64,000 nt of DNA, from contig NW_026782756.1 of assembly GCF_031769215.1 (NCBI RefSeq), forward strand, positions 372,001-436,000, in the 5' to 3' direction. Below, piece by piece: positions 63,150 through 64,000 of the stretch. This stretch comes from Ylistrum balloti. Lineage: Eukaryota. The notes below the pieces were generated by a model. That model searched no databases. It was not told the DNA's origin and saw only the letters and a program-made list of their open reading frames with translations. Positions within the stretch are counted from its first letter, which is position 1. Every line of letters starts with the position of its first letter. A program made the translations under genes and the position numbers.

Positions 63150-63930
63150 TGAAACATCATCTTGTGAAGAGATTCAAGTTTGCATGAAAGGTCTCTGACC
63201 CAAGGGTCTTAGGGTGGGATCCACGTGGAGAAATGGAACAAATTCTTTAAACTCCTTCTGTAGGGATGTCAGGATTCTATCTCAATTTGGTCCGAAACAT
63301 TCAAGGATTAAGGGGAAACAAAATTCTATAAATGTTGGTCTGATTCCGATAGCAGGAGGGATGGGGGTCCAACAGGGAAAATATACGACGTGATTTAAAA
63401 GCTCCCTTCTTCTGTAGAAATGTCAGGTTTCTGTTCTAATTTGATCTGAAAAATTGTTGAGTGAAGGGGTAAACGGTAGGTCTTGGACTAGGAGGGCAGG
63501 AGGAGCAGGAGCCAATAGCGAAACGGAGCAAATTATTCAAAATCCTTCTTCATATGAAATGTCAATATTCTGTCGTAATTGGGTGTAAATCATTGTACGG
63601 TGAAGGAGAAACGAAGGACAAGAGAGGTGGGACCAAATAAAAGAAATAGGAAACTTGAAATTCTTCTTCTCTAGCAGGAATATCAGGATTCTGTTCTAGT
63701 TTGGTCTGGTGAGTCTCAGCCTGCTGGAGCTGAAGGGATGGGCGCCAAGAAGGAAAATTGAATAATTCGTAAAAATCGTTCTTCTTCTATAGGAATGGAA
63801 TACTGGATAAAGGAGAATCACTTTTGTATGTACAATGGCTTTGTTCCCCTGGATGGGTCAGACACGACCCAATAAGGAAGATAGAGCAAATTCTTTAAAA
63901 CAACAAGCCCCTTCCCCTGTAGTAATGAAA
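63150..63930 (+). repeat. Tandem array of degenerate 120-160-bp satellite-like monomers (HINE internal repeat family)
   Basis: Recurring aaa.tccttct(t)ctgtag.aatgtcagg.ttct...aatttggtc units near 63241, 63400, 63536, 63655, 63775 and 63895. Confidence 0.7.
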
Positions 63931-64000
63931 TGATTTTATTCCACTTTTTAAACATATTTTATTACAAATTTAGAGAAGATACAGTGCAGCCAAACATTGA

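Overview
This is AT-rich, intron-rich eukaryotic DNA, probably from a bivalve mollusc (oyster-like; inferred from the repeat families and gene style). I reconstructed genes by hand from the ORFs and GT-AG junctions. From left to right: two small minus-strand exons of a gene leaving the left edge; a profilin-like gene (-); an intronless heat-inducible HSP70 (+) with heat-shock elements and a TATA box; a complete 25-coding-exon SMC6 (+, about 1104 aa); an HMBOX1-like homeobox gene (-, 6 coding exons, about 440 aa); head-to-head with it, a 4-exon gene for an unusual TIR-SAM-TIR-TIR protein (+, 690 aa); and the 5' part of a gene whose start codon appears split by an intron and whose N-terminus carries a RHIM-like motif (+, runs off the right edge). 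Introns hold a decayed mariner, several non-autonomous Helentron-like (HINE) elements and tandem arrays. Two arrays amplify SMC6 3' splice-site sequence, and one is made of near-matches to the recalled HMBOX1 binding motif inside the HMBOX1-like gene. The best candidate for an undescribed system is the triple-TIR/SAM protein, possibly working with the neighbouring RHIM-like gene. No database searches were run, so family names come from motif recognition.
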